From the NCBI GenBank assembly GCA_020344315.1, contig CP070820.1:109605-173604 (forward strand): a stretch of 64,000 nucleotides of DNA. The letters are read 5' to 3'. Made by a program: the position numbers and the translations under genes. Position 1 is the first letter of the stretch; every line of letters starts with the position of its first letter. Positions 63,998 to 64,000 of this stretch are shown in pieces. The notes below the pieces were generated by a model, which saw only the letters and a list, made by a program, of their open reading frames with translations, was not told where the DNA came from and did no database searches. This DNA comes from Candidatus Bathyarchaeum sp. GTDB taxonomy: Archaea > Thermoproteota > Bathyarchaeia > Bathyarchaeales > Bathyarchaeaceae.

Positions 63998-64000
63998 GTG

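Overview
Gene-dense archaeal chromosomal segment, mostly minus-strand. The archaeal assignment rests on r-proteins L34e/L19e/L32e/S4e, RNase P Rpp29 inside the r-protein operon, TATA-type promoters, and an intron-containing tRNA with a bulge-helix-bulge motif. No rRNA is present, so lineage cannot be fixed. The non-canonical tRNA intron position hints at a TACK/Thermoproteota-like or similar uncultivated lineage. Layout: (1) 1-9389, a Tad/Epd-like type IV filament locus: secretion ATPase, FlaJ/TadC-like platform protein, then five consecutive prepilin-like genes. Three of these are unusually large, and the last runs off the left edge. This is my best candidate for an undescribed system. (2) 9.6-19.2 kb, housekeeping and membrane genes: ABC-2 exporter, Ogt, NMNAT, presenilin-like and rhomboid proteases, SAM hydrolase, kinase. 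(3) 19.2-32.0 kb, the archaeal r-protein superoperon from L22 to L15, then secY, DUF106, L34e and cmk. An Hsp20 gene is inserted in it, and uL5, uS3 and uL24 carry Lys/Ala/Pro/Glu-rich extensions. (4) 32-48 kb, mixed metabolism and regulators, including GlpX and class V FBP aldolase/phosphatase, an S2P protease, and ArgRS immediately preceded by an intron-containing tRNA-Arg(CCG). (5) 48-60 kb, a second ABC-2 exporter, a small metal-related cluster, and a glycogen-degradation cluster: an alpha-glucan phosphorylase with an N-terminal YHS/TRASH domain, a GH57 enzyme and a debranching enzyme. (6) 60-64 kb, a large beta-propeller surface protein and a P-loop/wHTH gene at the right edge. A ~57-bp intergenic repeat with a palindromic core occurs four times. 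Three small genes are missing from the ORF track and were recovered by hand: uS14, a YHS mini-protein and a 51-aa ORF. All functional calls come from motif and sequence recognition by eye. No searches were run.
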